In this document: positions 35,887 through 47,450 of the stretch, piece by piece
Position numbering within the stretch: position 1 is the stretch's first letter
Layout of the letters: every line of letters starts with the position of its first letter
Assembly: GCF_963921235.1 (NCBI RefSeq)
Contig: NC_086101.1
Span: 1,054,001-1,118,000 of the forward strand
Direction: 5' to 3'
DNA: 64,000 bases
Source: Mobula hypostoma
Taxonomy: Eukaryota
The notes under the pieces: model-generated
The model's input: only the letters and a program-made list of their open reading frames with translations
Databases searched by the model: none
What the model was told of the DNA's origin: nothing
Position numbers and translations under genes: made by a program

Positions 35887-37065
35887 TGTCACAATGGGGG
35901 CGCTGGGAACGCACCCAAATGCAAGACACAGACACTGAAGTACAACGAACAAGACTTGACTAGAGTAGGGACGTGACAAGATACAGACAAGGAGCAGGGA
36001 CAAGAACGCAGACTTGAGCTTGGACCCCGAGCCAGAGACTGGACAAGGACCCACAATCTGGGTCTTGCATCGGGCTCGGGCCCCAGAACCAGGCATGGAG
36101 ATGACATGACTGCAGGATTGGAGTCTGGGGTCTTGAGGCTTGAACTTGGAGACAGGCTGGAGTCTTGGTCTTGAGGCCTGAGCTTGGAGACAGGCTGGGG
36201 TCTTGGTCTTGAGGCCTGAGCTTGGAGACAGGCTGGGGTCTCGGTCTTGAGGCCTGAGCTTGGAGACAGGTTGGGGTCTTGGTCTTGAGGCTTGAGCTTG
36301 GAGACAGGCTGGGGTTTTGGTCTTGAGGCCTGAGCTTGGAGACAGGCTGAGGTCTTGGTCTTGAGGCCTGAGCTTGGAGACAGGCTGGGGTCTTGGTCTT
36401 GAGGTCTAGGGTACTTCGAGGCTTGGGTACGGGCTCCGAGCCAGAGATTGGGCAAGGACCCAGAACCTAGGAGGAGGTTACAGGACTGGACATGGCTTGG
36501 GTGAGGAACTCCTAGGTAGGGCGAGACACAAGGACAGTAAAGGCACATGGACAGGACTCGGATAGGACTGGGCTAGGCACGGACTGGACGAGGGCCTTCA
36601 GGAGCACGGAGTCTTGGACTAGAAGAGACAGGAACATGGAACACAGAGCCGGGATCCCTCCATAGGAACAGGACATGGGGTCGGGACTCACACACATAAC
36701 ACAGAGCCGGGACCCCTCCCTGGGAACAGGACGTAGGGCCGGGACTCATACACAGAACACTGAACATGAAGAGACAGATCCCAACACTTGGTTGCAGCAA
36801 ACGGTCGGACCCACCTATCAAAGGTGTGGACACAGAGACAGATCCCAACACTAGGTAGCGGCAAATGGCCGGACCTACCTAGCGAAGGCGTGGGCACAGA
36901 GAGACAATTCCACACAACGACAGACAGTTTCTTAACTTGACCTAACAAGGCTTCAGTCTTGCTCCAGCAGTAAGACTTCAGTGATACAGGCGGGGTATCC
37001 AGGCAAAGAGTCGGGCGAGGGGGGAGAAGACGGGGAGGGGAACAGGACAGTCCAGCAGGGAATCC
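35887..37065 (-). mobile_element. LTR related to 17682-19008, opposite orientation, one end missing
   Basis: TGTCACAATGG...ACCCAAATGCAAGACACA is the reverse complement of the 3' end of the 17682-19008 LTR; internal repeats are similar. Confidence 0.75.
36128..36405. repeat. 38-bp tandem repeat, about 7 copies, within the LTR
   Basis: GTCTTGAGGCCTGAGCTTGGAGACAGGCTGGGGTCTTG repeated head-to-tail without spacers. Confidence 0.95.
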
Positions 37066-37104
37066 CTGGTCTGCCTCTACCACCATCACCAGCAGCCTTT
37101 TCCA

Positions 37105-37716
37105 CGCACTCTTAGGTCAATGGCTGTGCGAATCCTGTTCGAGATCATCTGATTGTATAGCTTTTCTAAGTTGCAGGTCAAGCTGATACCTCGGTAGTTA
37201 TCTGTCTTCGTGAGGGATCCAGACTTGGGGACTGGGATAATGTATGAGAGTGACCACTGTTCTGGTTTGTCGCCTTTCATCAGTGCCGTATTACATATGT
37301 CCAGCAAGATGTTGTCCAGGTTGCAGTTCTTCAGGACATCTGGTGGTATCCCATCTGGTCCAGCACTCCTGCCTGTTTGAATGCTTACTTGGCCTTCTTC
37401 AGTTCCTCAATGGTGAATGGGCCGTCATCGATGTTGACTTGCGTTAGTATCGTTCTTCATCATCTGTGATCGTTGGAGGGCTTCCCAGCAGGTTCTTAAA
37501 GTGGGTAAACCATGTCTGGACATGGTCCTTTGCTGTTTTACCACTTATTTGACCTGATGGGGACTTCTTCCGTGTGCTAATCTCATTGACTAGGCACCAT
37601 GCTTCTCCATGCTGCTTGTCTTCATTACCTCTCTAATCCTCTCAGTTAGTTCCTCTTCCTTCAGTCGGTCGTAGGTGGCAAAGAGATTTTTCTTTGCTGT
37701 CTTGAACTTGTCTCTT
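37105..37716 (-). mobile_element. RTE-like LINE fragment (RT N-terminal region)
   Basis: KPEQWSLSYIIPVPKSGSLTKTDNYRGISLTC...KLYNQMISNRIR. Confidence 0.7.
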
Positions 37717-37719
37717 AGC

Positions 37720-38388
37720 GGGAGGAGAAGATGGCGGCGCGACGCAGCTGGCAGCGGCCACTCCGGTGGTGATGTCTGTTATCTGTCAAGCAGGGTGCTG
37801 TGCACAATCCTGATTTGATGGAGACAGATGTGAGATAACGAAGGAACATCTGGTGAAACTTCTGAAATGCCTGTTTCGCTGCCAATGCTACTGTGTGATC
37901 CAGAATCTCCGGAGGGGAAGGCCCCGAGTCCTCGGCTTTGCTTGTTGCTCGGTGGCCGGGGCGGGGTCGAAGCGCTCGGCAGAGATGGTGCTCGGTGTCG
38001 GAGGCTCAAAGTTTTCGAACGGACTCAGAGTCGGCTGCGGTCGGGTGCTTCCAATGCATCGGCAAGTTTGCGGCGCTTGGAGATTCATGGCAAGGAGAGT
38101 TTCTCCCTTCTACCGTCTGCGTGAGATGATGCGGCTATCGGGACTTGAGACTTTTTTTTACCGTGCCCATGGTCTGCTCTTTATCAAATTACGGTCTTGC
38201 TTTGCACTGTTGTAACTATATGTTATAACTACGTGGTTTTGTCAGTTTTAGTCTTGGTTTGTCTTGTGTTTCTTGTGATATCACTCTGGAGGAACATTGT
38301 ATCATTGTTAAAGCATGCATTTCTAAATGACAATAAATGAGGACTGAATGTCCTCATAATCTAATCATCTAATCGAATCTAATCTAAT
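37720..38388 (+). mobile_element. ~670-bp non-autonomous retroelement (SINE-like), copy 1
   Basis: 5' GGGAGGAGAAGATGGCGGCG; 3' AATAAA, hairpin GAGGAC-N5-GTCCTC and (AATCT)n tail; homologous to 40836-41511. Confidence 0.8.
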
Positions 38389-38689
38389 AATTTACGTAGA
38401 AGTTAGGTTTCCTGCCGTTGCCTGTGTCTGTGATGCAGCTTTTCACTGCAGAACCTGAACTGCTGGATGGTGGGGGTTGTCTGGGTTCTCACTGGGTGGG
38501 ACGGGGGGCTCAGGCAGCATCTATGGAGGGAGATGGACAGTCGACATTTCCCCCTCGAAACTCTGTTTCCTTCCACAGATGCTACCTGGCCCGTCGAATT
38601 ACCTCAAGCATTTTGTGTGCATTGGTCATGATCTTATCACTTGATTCTGGCCTGATCCCAGAGGACTGGAAAATCCACAGTGGGTTTGT

Positions 38690-38970
38690 TTGATCCTCGC
38701 CATCCAGCACCACCCTCTTCTCGCTGATACCATCAGGAAGAGGTACAGGAGCCTGAAGACACACACTCAATGTTTTACACCAAAGAACACCTTGTATTTT
38801 CCGCCATCAGGTTTCTGAGTGGACCATGAGCCCATCGACAGTACCACACCAGTTTGCACCATGCAGTGCAACATGTAGTAAAATTATTTACTGTGCTGTC
38901 CTGCTGCCGCAAAACAACTATTTTCACAACATATGTCAGTCACAATAAACCTGATTCTGATTCTAACTCT
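38690..38970 (+). mobile_element. Rex1/Babar-like LINE 3' end
   Basis: LFSLIPSGRGTGA/RYRSLKT-like remnant followed by an AATAAACCTGATTCTGATTCT tail. Confidence 0.55.
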
Positions 38971-38974
38971 TAAC

Positions 38975-39390
38975 CCACACTGGTTCAACATCAGCCCTAC
39001 TCCACCTTGTACCAACATCGTTGTTGGCTCTCTCCATGCCGACGAGGTGATGAGTTGCATCCCCTCTAGCTCTGTGAACCTCATCTCTTCGTCAGGGTGT
39101 ACATGACGGTGTTCTTGGATCCCCAGGATGGAGATCTCGTGGCTGCTTGCCTGTGATGCCAACTCTGTGCATCGAGGCAAGAGGCGGATGGTGTTTGCGT
39201 TGAAGGTTGAGATGATCGTTTTTACCTCACAGCGCAAAACAGGCGCTGTTTGCTCGGCCCCCTGGTCGGACTCAACCCTCTTCATGGGGTTTGAGGTTGC
39301 ATCTTCATACTGACTGCCTTGGCCAGGGTCTGGGAGTTGCACAGAGTTCCTGAGCACTCCCAGGGTTTGTTGGGTTGTCTGTCATCATAA
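38975..39390 (-). mobile_element. RTE-like LINE 5' fragment (endonuclease N-terminus)
   Basis: IISTFNANTIR...ISILGIQEHR...GGVGLML; probably the same element as 37105-37716. Confidence 0.7.
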
Positions 39391-39834
39391 TGGCTTACAG
39401 GGCGCGAAACGTTTGTTTCATTTCAGAAGGAAGGTCCCACGAATTCCAGTGTGACAAGGAGCATTTCCAACGGAGACAGGAATACTGTCCGGGAGTGCGG
39501 TGAGAGACAACCCCAATTGGGAAGTGATGGATTACTCACCTATGGTTCCCAGTCTCTCCCCCACCACCTTTTTCTTCCCGCACAACCCCACAACCCCTCG
39601 ACTGAGTTACAATTGAATGAACTTCCATCTGACCGAGATCTACAGATGCAGAAACCATTTCTTTCCCCTCCGCCATCTTCCTACCATTAAACCATCTACT
39701 GCCTTATCTTCCACTGGAAACCATCCTCTGTTAAACCGATCTTTGTGAAACTCCTCCGTTCACTGTCGCCTCATCCTTTCTAGCACACTATCTTCACTGG
39801 CTGATATCCGCCCCTCAACAGCGGTGGTGAAGTT

Positions 39835-40135
39835 AAAGTTAACAGTTAGCTTTGTTTGTCACACGTACATTGAAACATACAGTGAAACGGGTCGTTGTGC
39901 ATCAATCACAAACACAGTCTGAGGATTGCCCTGGGCACTGCCACAAATGCCAACACACTTCTGGCGCCAACATAGCATGCCCGAACCTGTACACCTTTGG
40001 AATGTGGGAGGAAACCGGAGTATCCGGAGGAAACCCACGCAGGAAGAACATGCAAAGTTACAGACAGCAGCAGGAATTGACCCCGGGCCACTGGCGCTGT
40101 AATAGCGTTACGGTAACCGCCGGGCTACAGTGACA
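39835..40135 (-). mobile_element. tRNA-derived V-SINE (HE1-like)
   Basis: Minus strand shows decayed A/B boxes and the V-domain TGCGTGGGTTTCCTCCGGATACTCCGGTTTCCTCCCACATTCCAAAG. Confidence 0.8.
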
Positions 40136-40835
40136 CTCGAATGGGATGAGTTTTTACATCCTGTAAAAATATAACATTCGCTGTCACCGACGCTAGTGCT
40201 TACTTTAAGTCGTCGGTGATAAGGTTCGAACTCCGGTGACAGTTTTAATTAGCCAGACCTATTTTTTGCCCCGACTGGGGAATCAAGAACTAATCGGTAT
40301 AAAGTGAGAAGGAAAAGACTTAACAGGGATTTTCACTCAGAGGGTGGTCAGCCATAGGAAGCATTTCCCGGGCAGCAACAGTTAAAAGGAGGGGGCATAA
40401 TGTTAAGAGAGTGGAGGAAAGTACAGGGGGCTGTCAGAGGTAGATTTTCATACAGAGAGTGGCGAGTGCGTACAATGCTTTGTAAGGGTAGAAACAAAAT
40501 GTTGTAACTACTCATTAACTTACAAAATGTTGTAAGCTGAAGTCGCTCGTTTCGACCTTCTCAGGGGCAGTCGATGGGCGGTAAGAGTCGTTCCTGCTGC
40601 CGATGCCCACATTCCGGACACAATAAATTCTTGCGCCTGTTCCCGGCAATTACATTTTGTTTCTGCCCTTCCTGCAGTACCGGTGTCCAGCAGCAGGGGG
40701 CGATCCTGCACAGTGAAACTGACCGCTCGCCATCCCCGCCCTCTGGATGAAAGCGGTACTGCAACACACTAAATTTCCTAATCTGCATCAGCGAGTCATT
40801 AAGAAAGAGAATGTGCTGGAGTTTTCGAAAAGTAT

Positions 40836-41511
40836 TAGATTAGATTAAATTAGATTATGAGGACACGCAGTCCTCTTTTATTGTCATTTAGTAATGTATG
40901 CATTAAGAAATGATACAATGTTCCTCCAGAATGATATCACAGAAACACAAGACAAACCGACTGAAAAACTGACAAAAACCACATAATTCTAACATACAGT
41001 TACAACAGTGCAAAGCAATACAGTAATTTGATAAAGAACAGACCATGGGCACGGTAAAAAAAAGTCTCAAATTTTCTTGAATGTCCCATCATCTCACGCA
41101 GACGGTAGAAGGGAGAAACTCTCCCTGCCATGAGCTTCCAGCGCCGCAAACTTGCCAATGCAGCACCCTGGAAGCACCCGACCACAGCCGACTCTTGAGT
41201 TCATCCGAAAACTTCGAGTCTCCGACCAGCCCTCCGACACCAAGCACCGGGCACCACCTCTGCCAAGCGCTTTGACCCCGGCCCCGGCAATAGGCAAAGC
41301 TGAGGATTTGGGGCCTTTTCCTCCAGAGATTCTCGATCGCACAGTAGCAGCGGCAGCGAAGCGGGCATTTCAGAAGTTTCTCCAGGTGTTCCTCCGTGCT
41401 TCTCACGTCTGTCTCCATCAAATCAGGATTGTGCATGGCATCCTACTTACAAATACGATATCATTTCGGAGTGGCCGCATGCACTGCCTCGCGCCGCCAT
41501 CTTCTCCTCCC
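40836..41511 (-). mobile_element. ~670-bp non-autonomous retroelement, copy 2
   Basis: Reverse-complement homolog of 37720-38388 with the same 5' start, hairpin (40859-40875) and (AGATT)n tail. Confidence 0.8.
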
Positions 41512-41514
41512 TCC

Positions 41515-42141
41515 TAAGTTAGGTAAGTCACTGGGACCAGACGAGACATACCCCAGGCTGCTGTGGGAAGTGAGGGAGGAAATTACTGAGCCTCTTGCGA
41601 TGATCTTTGTGTCATCAATAGGGATGGAAGAAGTACCATAGGATTGGAGGGTTGCAAATGTTGTTTCTTTGTTCAAGAAAGGGAGTAGAGATAACCCAGG
41701 AAATTATAGACCCGTGACTCTGACAAGTGATAGGCAAGTTATTGGAGAAGATCCTGAGAGCATTTGGAGACACATAATCTAATTAGGGATAGTCAGCATG
41801 GCTTTGTCAAAGGCAGGTCGTGCCTTACGAGCCTGATGGAATTGTTTGAGGATGTAACAAAACACATTGATGAAGGTAGAGCAGTGGATGTATTGTAGTG
41901 TATATGGATTTCAGTAAGGCATTTGGTAAGGTTCCCCATGCAAGGCTCATTCAGAAAGTCAAGAGGCATGGGATCCAAGGAGACCTTGTTTTGTGGATCC
42001 AGAATTGGCTTGCCCACAGAAGGCAAAGGGTGGTTGTAGGTGGGTCATATTCTGCATGGAGGTCAGTGACCAGTGGTGTTCTGCAGGGATCTGTTCTGGG
42101 ACCCCATCTCTTTGTGATCTTTATAAATCATCTGGATGAAG
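41515..42141 (+). mobile_element. CR1 RT fragment (family A)
   Basis: [28 protein letters not shown] and GSVLGP motifs. Confidence 0.85.
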
Positions 42142-42520
42142 TGTCACTCAGTTCGGACATGGCCCAAGTGTGGTGTGAGAGACACGGACGTGGGTCGACA
42201 GTTCACAGACTTCAATGTGAACAGTGTTAAAGGGAAAAGAAAACAATAAATGCTCGACCAAACAGGGCCGGTAACTAAAACTCTCAAATGGAAAATAAAG
42301 CCCACACTGTGGCTGAAAAGAGCAACTAAATATAAAAAGAATATTGACTCGACAGTCCATTTTCTCAGGCAAGGCAGAAAGCAGATGGACAGTAAAGTGT
42401 TACTGTGTTGTGTCTAAATCTCGACAAGCACTACGATGGAACGAATGGACTGAAGTACTATCACAATGAAATAATAATTAAATGGCACATGCATATTCAC
42501 AAGCACAATAGTCGTATGAG
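42142..42520 (-). mobile_element. Possible LTR fragment
   Basis: Starts abruptly with TGTCAC where CR1 homology stops; no second end or TSD found. Confidence 0.35.
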
Positions 42521-42534
42521 GCTATCATACGAAA

Positions 42535-44698
42535 TATGAGGCTATCAGGCAGGAACTTGGAAGCAGACATTGGAAACAGATGTTCTCAAGGAAGTGTATG
42601 GAAGAAATGTGGCAAATGTTCAGGGGATATTTGCGTGGAGTTCTGCATAGACTCGTTCCAATGAGACAAGGAAAGGATGATAGGGTACAGGAACCGTGGT
42701 GTACAAAGGGTGTTGTAAATTTCATCAAGAAGAAAAGAAGACTTTACGAAAGGTTCAAAAAACTAGGTAATGATAAAGAGCTAGAAGATTATAAGGCAAG
42801 CAGGAAGGAGCTTAAAAGTGAAATTAGGAGAGCTAGAAGGGGCCATGAGAAGACCTTGGTGGACAGGATTAAGGAAAACCCCAAGGCATTCTACAAGTAT
42901 GTGAAGAACAAGAGGATAAGACGTGACAGAATAGGACCAATCAAGTGTGACAGTGAAAAAGTGTGTATGGAACCGGAGGCGATAGCAGAGGTACTTAATG
43001 AATACTTTGCTTTGGTATTCTCTACAGAAAAGGATCTTGGTGATTGTAGGGTTGACTTGCAGCGGACGGAAAAGTTTGATCATGTAGATATTAAGGAAGA
43101 GGATGTGCTGGAGCTTTTGGAAAGCATCAAGTTCATTAAGTCACCAGGACCAGACGAGATGTACCCCAGGCTACTGTGGGAAGTGAGAGAGGAGATTGCT
43201 GAGCCTCTGGCAATGATCATTGAATCATCAATGGGGTCGGGAGAGGTTCTGGAGGATTGGAGAGTAGCGGATGTTGTTACCTTATTCAAGAAAGGGAGTG
43301 GAGATAGCTCAGGAAATTATAAACCAGTGAGTCTTCAGTAGCTGGTAAGTTGATGGAGGAGATCCTGAGAGGCAGGATTTATGAATATTTGGAGAGGCAT
43401 AATATGATTAGGAATAGTCAGCATGGCTTTGTCAAAGGCAGGTCGTGCCTTACGAGCCTGATTGATTTTTTTGAGGATGTGATTAAACACATTGATGAAG
43501 GTAGAGCAGTAGATGTAGTGTGTATGGATTTCAGCAAGGCATTTGATAAGGTACCCCATACAAGGCTTATTGAAAAAGTAAGGAGGCAAGGGATCCAAGG
43601 GGACATTGCCTTGTGGATCCAGAACTGGCTTGCCCACAGAAGGCAAAGAGTGGTTGTAGACGGGTCATATTCTGCATGGAAGTCAGTGACCAGTGGAGTG
43701 CCTCAGGGATCTGTTCTGGGACCCTTACTCTTTGTGATTTTTATAAATGACCTGGATGAGGAAGTGGAGGGATGGGTTAGTAAGTTTGCTGATAACACAA
43801 AGGTTGGAGGTGTTGTGGATAGTGTGGAGAGCTGTCAGAGGTTACAGTGGGACATTGATAGGATGCAAAACTGGGCTGAGAAGTGGCAGATGGAGTTCAA
43901 CCCAGATAAGTGTGAAGTGGTTCATTTTGGTAGGTCAAATATGATGGCAGAATATAGTATTAATGGTAAGACTCTTGGCAGTGTGGAGGATCAGAGGGAT
44001 CTTGGGGTCTGAGTCCATAGGACACTCAAAGCAGCTGCACAGGTTGACTCTGTGGTTAAGAAGGCATACGGTGCATTGGCCTTCATCAATTGTGGGATTG
44101 AATTTAGGAGCCAAGAGGTAATGTTGCAGCTAATATAGGACTCTGGTCAGATCCCACTTGGAGTACTGTGCTCAGTTCTGGTCGCCTCACTACAGGAAGG
44201 ATTTGGAAATGATAGAAAGGGTGCAGAGGAGATTTACAAGGATGTTGCCTGGATTGGGGAGCATTCCTTATGAAAACAGGTTGAGTGAACTTGGCTTTTT
44301 CTCCTTGGAGTGACGGAGGATGAGAGGTGACTTGATAGAGGTGTATAAGATGATGAGAGGCATTGATCGTGTGGATAGTCAGAGGCTTTTTCCCAGGGGT
44401 GAAATGGTTGCCACAAGAGGGCACAGGTTTAAGGTGCTGGGGAGTAGGTACAGAGGAAATGTCAGGGGTAAGTTTTTTTAAATGCAGAGAGTGGTGAGTG
44501 CGTGGAATGGGCTGCTGGCAATGGTGGTGGAGGCAGATACGGTATGGTCTTTTTAGAGACTTTCGGATAGGTACATGGAGCTTAGAAAAATAGAGGGCCA
44601 TGGGTAAGCCTAGTAATTTCTAAGGTAGGGACATGTTCGGCACAACTTTGAGGGCCGAAGGACCTGTATTGTGCTGTAGGGTTTCTGTGTTTCTATGT
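42535..44698 (+). mobile_element. 5'-truncated CR1 LINE (family A)
   Basis: ORFs 42580-43341 and 43350-44012 (RT); ends TTTCTGTGTTTCTATGT. Confidence 0.92.
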
Positions 44699-44699
44699 A

Positions 44700-46885
44700 A
44701 GTGGCAGCTGCTCAGCGAGATGACCCAGGCATTGGTACAATTTGGTCAGCAGTCAGTAAGGGAGATATGGCCCAAGTAGAGAAGATGAAGCACATGGGCA
44801 GTAGCTCCATTACTCAGAGAATGGCCCGGAATGGAGTCGAGGAACCAGATCCTAACCGGGTCACGTTGCCTCCACACTGACCTTGGCATTCCCAGCTGGT
44901 TGTGCCTGAGAAGTATCGGAGGATTGTCTTGAAGCCATTCTGGCCATATGGGATTGAAAAGACCAATGGATTGCTCAGAGAGTGGTTTTGTGGGCCCCGA
45001 ATGAAGCCAGGTGTCGAAGAGTACGGCAGGTCACGCATGCGAAGGTACCACCTACGAGGGCCGCTCTGTTGTCCCACTTGCTGAGTACAGGGCCCCTTGA
45101 CCTGGTGTGTATGGATTTCCTGTCAATAGAGCCAGATGCAAGCAACATGGCAAATGTCTTGGTCATCACGGATCACTACACCGATATGAGCAAGCTTTCC
45201 CTACCAACAATCAGAGGGCATCCACGGTGGCCACAGTGTTACGGGAGAAGTATTTCATTTGTTATTTCCTCCCCAGGCAGATACATAGTGATCAGGGATG
45301 GGATTTTCCGGAGTAGGCTCACACATGAGCTACTCAGCGTGCTTGGATTGAGAAGTTGAGGACAGACTGTTATCATCTGCAGGGTGATCCCCAGCCCGAG
45401 AGGTTTAATCGGACCTTGCTAGACATGCTCAGAACTTTGGAAATCAGCAAGAAGAACAAGTGGAGTCAACATATTGGACATCTTGTCCACTGCTACAACT
45501 GTACACACAATGAAGCTACCGGCTACTCACCATATTATCTAATAGAAACATAGAAAACCTACAGCACAATACAGGCCCTTCGGCCCACAAAGCTGTGCCG
45601 AACATGTCCCTACCTTAGAACTACCTAGGCTTACCCATAGCCCTCTATTTTTCTAAGCTCCATGTATCCATCCAGGAGTCTCTTAAAAGACCTTATCATT
45701 TCCGCCTCCACCATCGCCGCCGGCAGCCCATTCCACACACTCACCACTCTCTGCGTAAAAAACTTACCCTGACATTTCCTCTGTACCTACTTCCCAGCAC
45801 CTTAAACCTGTGTCCTCTTGTGGCAACCATTTCAGCCCTGGGGAAAAAGCCTCTGACTATCCACACGATCAATGCCTCTCATCATCTTATACAACTTCGG
45901 GTGCGAGGTGAGGTTGCCCATCGACCTTTGTTTTGGGACTGGCGAGGAAGACCTACCACCGAAGACTTATCTGAAGAATGTGTCTGATATGAGAAAGGAG
46001 CTGAAAAAAGTCTTATGAATTAGCCGGGGTCGCGGCTGCCAGGCAGAATCAAGGAAATAAGAGGAGCTATGATCAAAATGTTACGTTCTCCTAACTCATG
46101 CCGGGAGACCGAGTCTTCATCAGGAATTTGGGGCCTCCTGGGAAGTGTAAATTGGCTGAACGCTGGGTGGCTACTCCCCATGTGGTGGAGAGTCAGGTGC
46201 CAAACGTACCAGTTTTCAGGGTGAAGCCAGAGGATGGGAATGGGCCTGTCAAGATTCTCCATCGGAACCACCTTCTGCCTCCGGGACCCAGAGCCCGACT
46301 TAGTAGCGGGACTCTGCAACAATGTGGGGTGACTGAAGGACCAACAGCAGGAGCGATTAGAGCAGCCCCCACCCCTGAATGGGATTCGGACTCGGAGGAT
46401 GAAGAAATGGGGGTGTGGTATGTGTTGCTTTTTGCTAACTCTCCACTGATTGAGGAAGAGATCCCCAACCCTTCTCATGCTGCATCTGCTGAAACCAGGG
46501 GGACTATCTGTGGACAGGCTGGGTTTCAGCAGGACCGTGAAGGGGATAAAAGGCAGTTCAGCCAAGTGGCAGAAGGGTCCACGTTGCAGGAGGGCACGAG
46601 TGATAGACCGGGGGAGGCCTCACCAGGTAGACCAGCAGTATCCCACGGAGTAGGTGACTGGGTAAGGAGGTCTCAGATAATCAGGAGACCCCCAGATAGG
46701 CTGGCCTATGTAGCACTCGGGGAACAGAGAGCTACGGCTGTCCACATAGTGAGATATGTCACTACCCTTTACAAATGGATTGCAAGTTCTGACATCAGAA
46801 AATTCTTTTGAAAGTAGTGTTATTAATAATGGGATGACAAGTTATTTCCGAGTCATGGGGACATGACTTTTGGTGGGTGTGGGGG
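44700..46885 (+). mobile_element. Gypsy/Ty3 LTR retrotransposon 3' internal region (integrase), decayed, interrupted by a CR1 end
   Basis: GPLDLVCMDFLSIE, IHSDQG, PQPERFNRTL (DDE core), then PGDRVFIRN...ILHRNHLLP; G-rich PPT-like tract before 46886. Confidence 0.9.
45542..45893 (-). mobile_element. CR1 3'-end insertion (family A) within the Gypsy integrase
   Basis: ATAGAAACATAGAAA tail followed by CR1 3' UTR reverse complement; integrase sequence resumes afterwards. Confidence 0.9.
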
Positions 46886-47450
46886 TGTAATGCCCTGCTT
46901 GATATGGCTCATGTTTTTTTCTGCTCTCTGTGCAAGCTGCTTGTTTGGGTTACTGTTGAAGTTCAGAACCAGGAGATATGTGTCCCATCCAGTGGGGATG
47001 AACGGATTCAGGGGAGGTTCCTCTGGTGAGGGACACTAAGGTTGGGGCTTTTGAGAGGGGAGAAGAGAGAAGACGCCGGAGAGGAGAAATCGGAGGAGTT
47101 GACCCGGAGTGGGGCCGGGATTTGATGAGGTCTGGGGAGATCGAGGAGGATCAGCGAAGGGGAAACCGTGAGCTCCAACTTGTGCACGTTAAACTGCTTC
47201 ATTTAAAATGGGCCCTTCTTCTTTCCTTTCTTTTTTGTTTACTAACCCTTTAGTTAAATTACGAATTATAAAGTTAGATCTTTTAATTTTATGTGGTGTA
47301 CCCTCTGTTATTTCATGGTACTGATTTGTAACAGGGTAACAAATCACGCAGCATTCACAGAAACAGGGGGATTTGAGGGACGTACACTTCAATGTCACAC
47401 ATTTGGTGGGGTGGGAGGGTGAATTCCCCAGATTTGCCCAGATTTGCACA
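46886..47450 (+). mobile_element. Gypsy 3' LTR (end truncated)
   Basis: TGTAATG immediately after the purine-rich tract; right boundary cut by CR1 sequence. Confidence 0.6.

Noticed and set aside
36128..36405. 38-bp repeats as a CRISPR array, and the 219-aa ORF 35889-36548
   Set aside because: Units are head-to-tail without unique spacers, lie inside an LTR, and no cas genes are present. The ORF is just the repeat read through its three frames.
40040..40135. tRNA gene
   Set aside because: Only decayed A/B boxes forming the head of a V-SINE; no cloverleaf.
46098..46811. 237-aa ORF as an env-like or host gene
   Set aside because: It begins with the Gypsy integrase C-terminal motif and continues as a low-complexity pol tail; no signal peptide or clear transmembrane segment.
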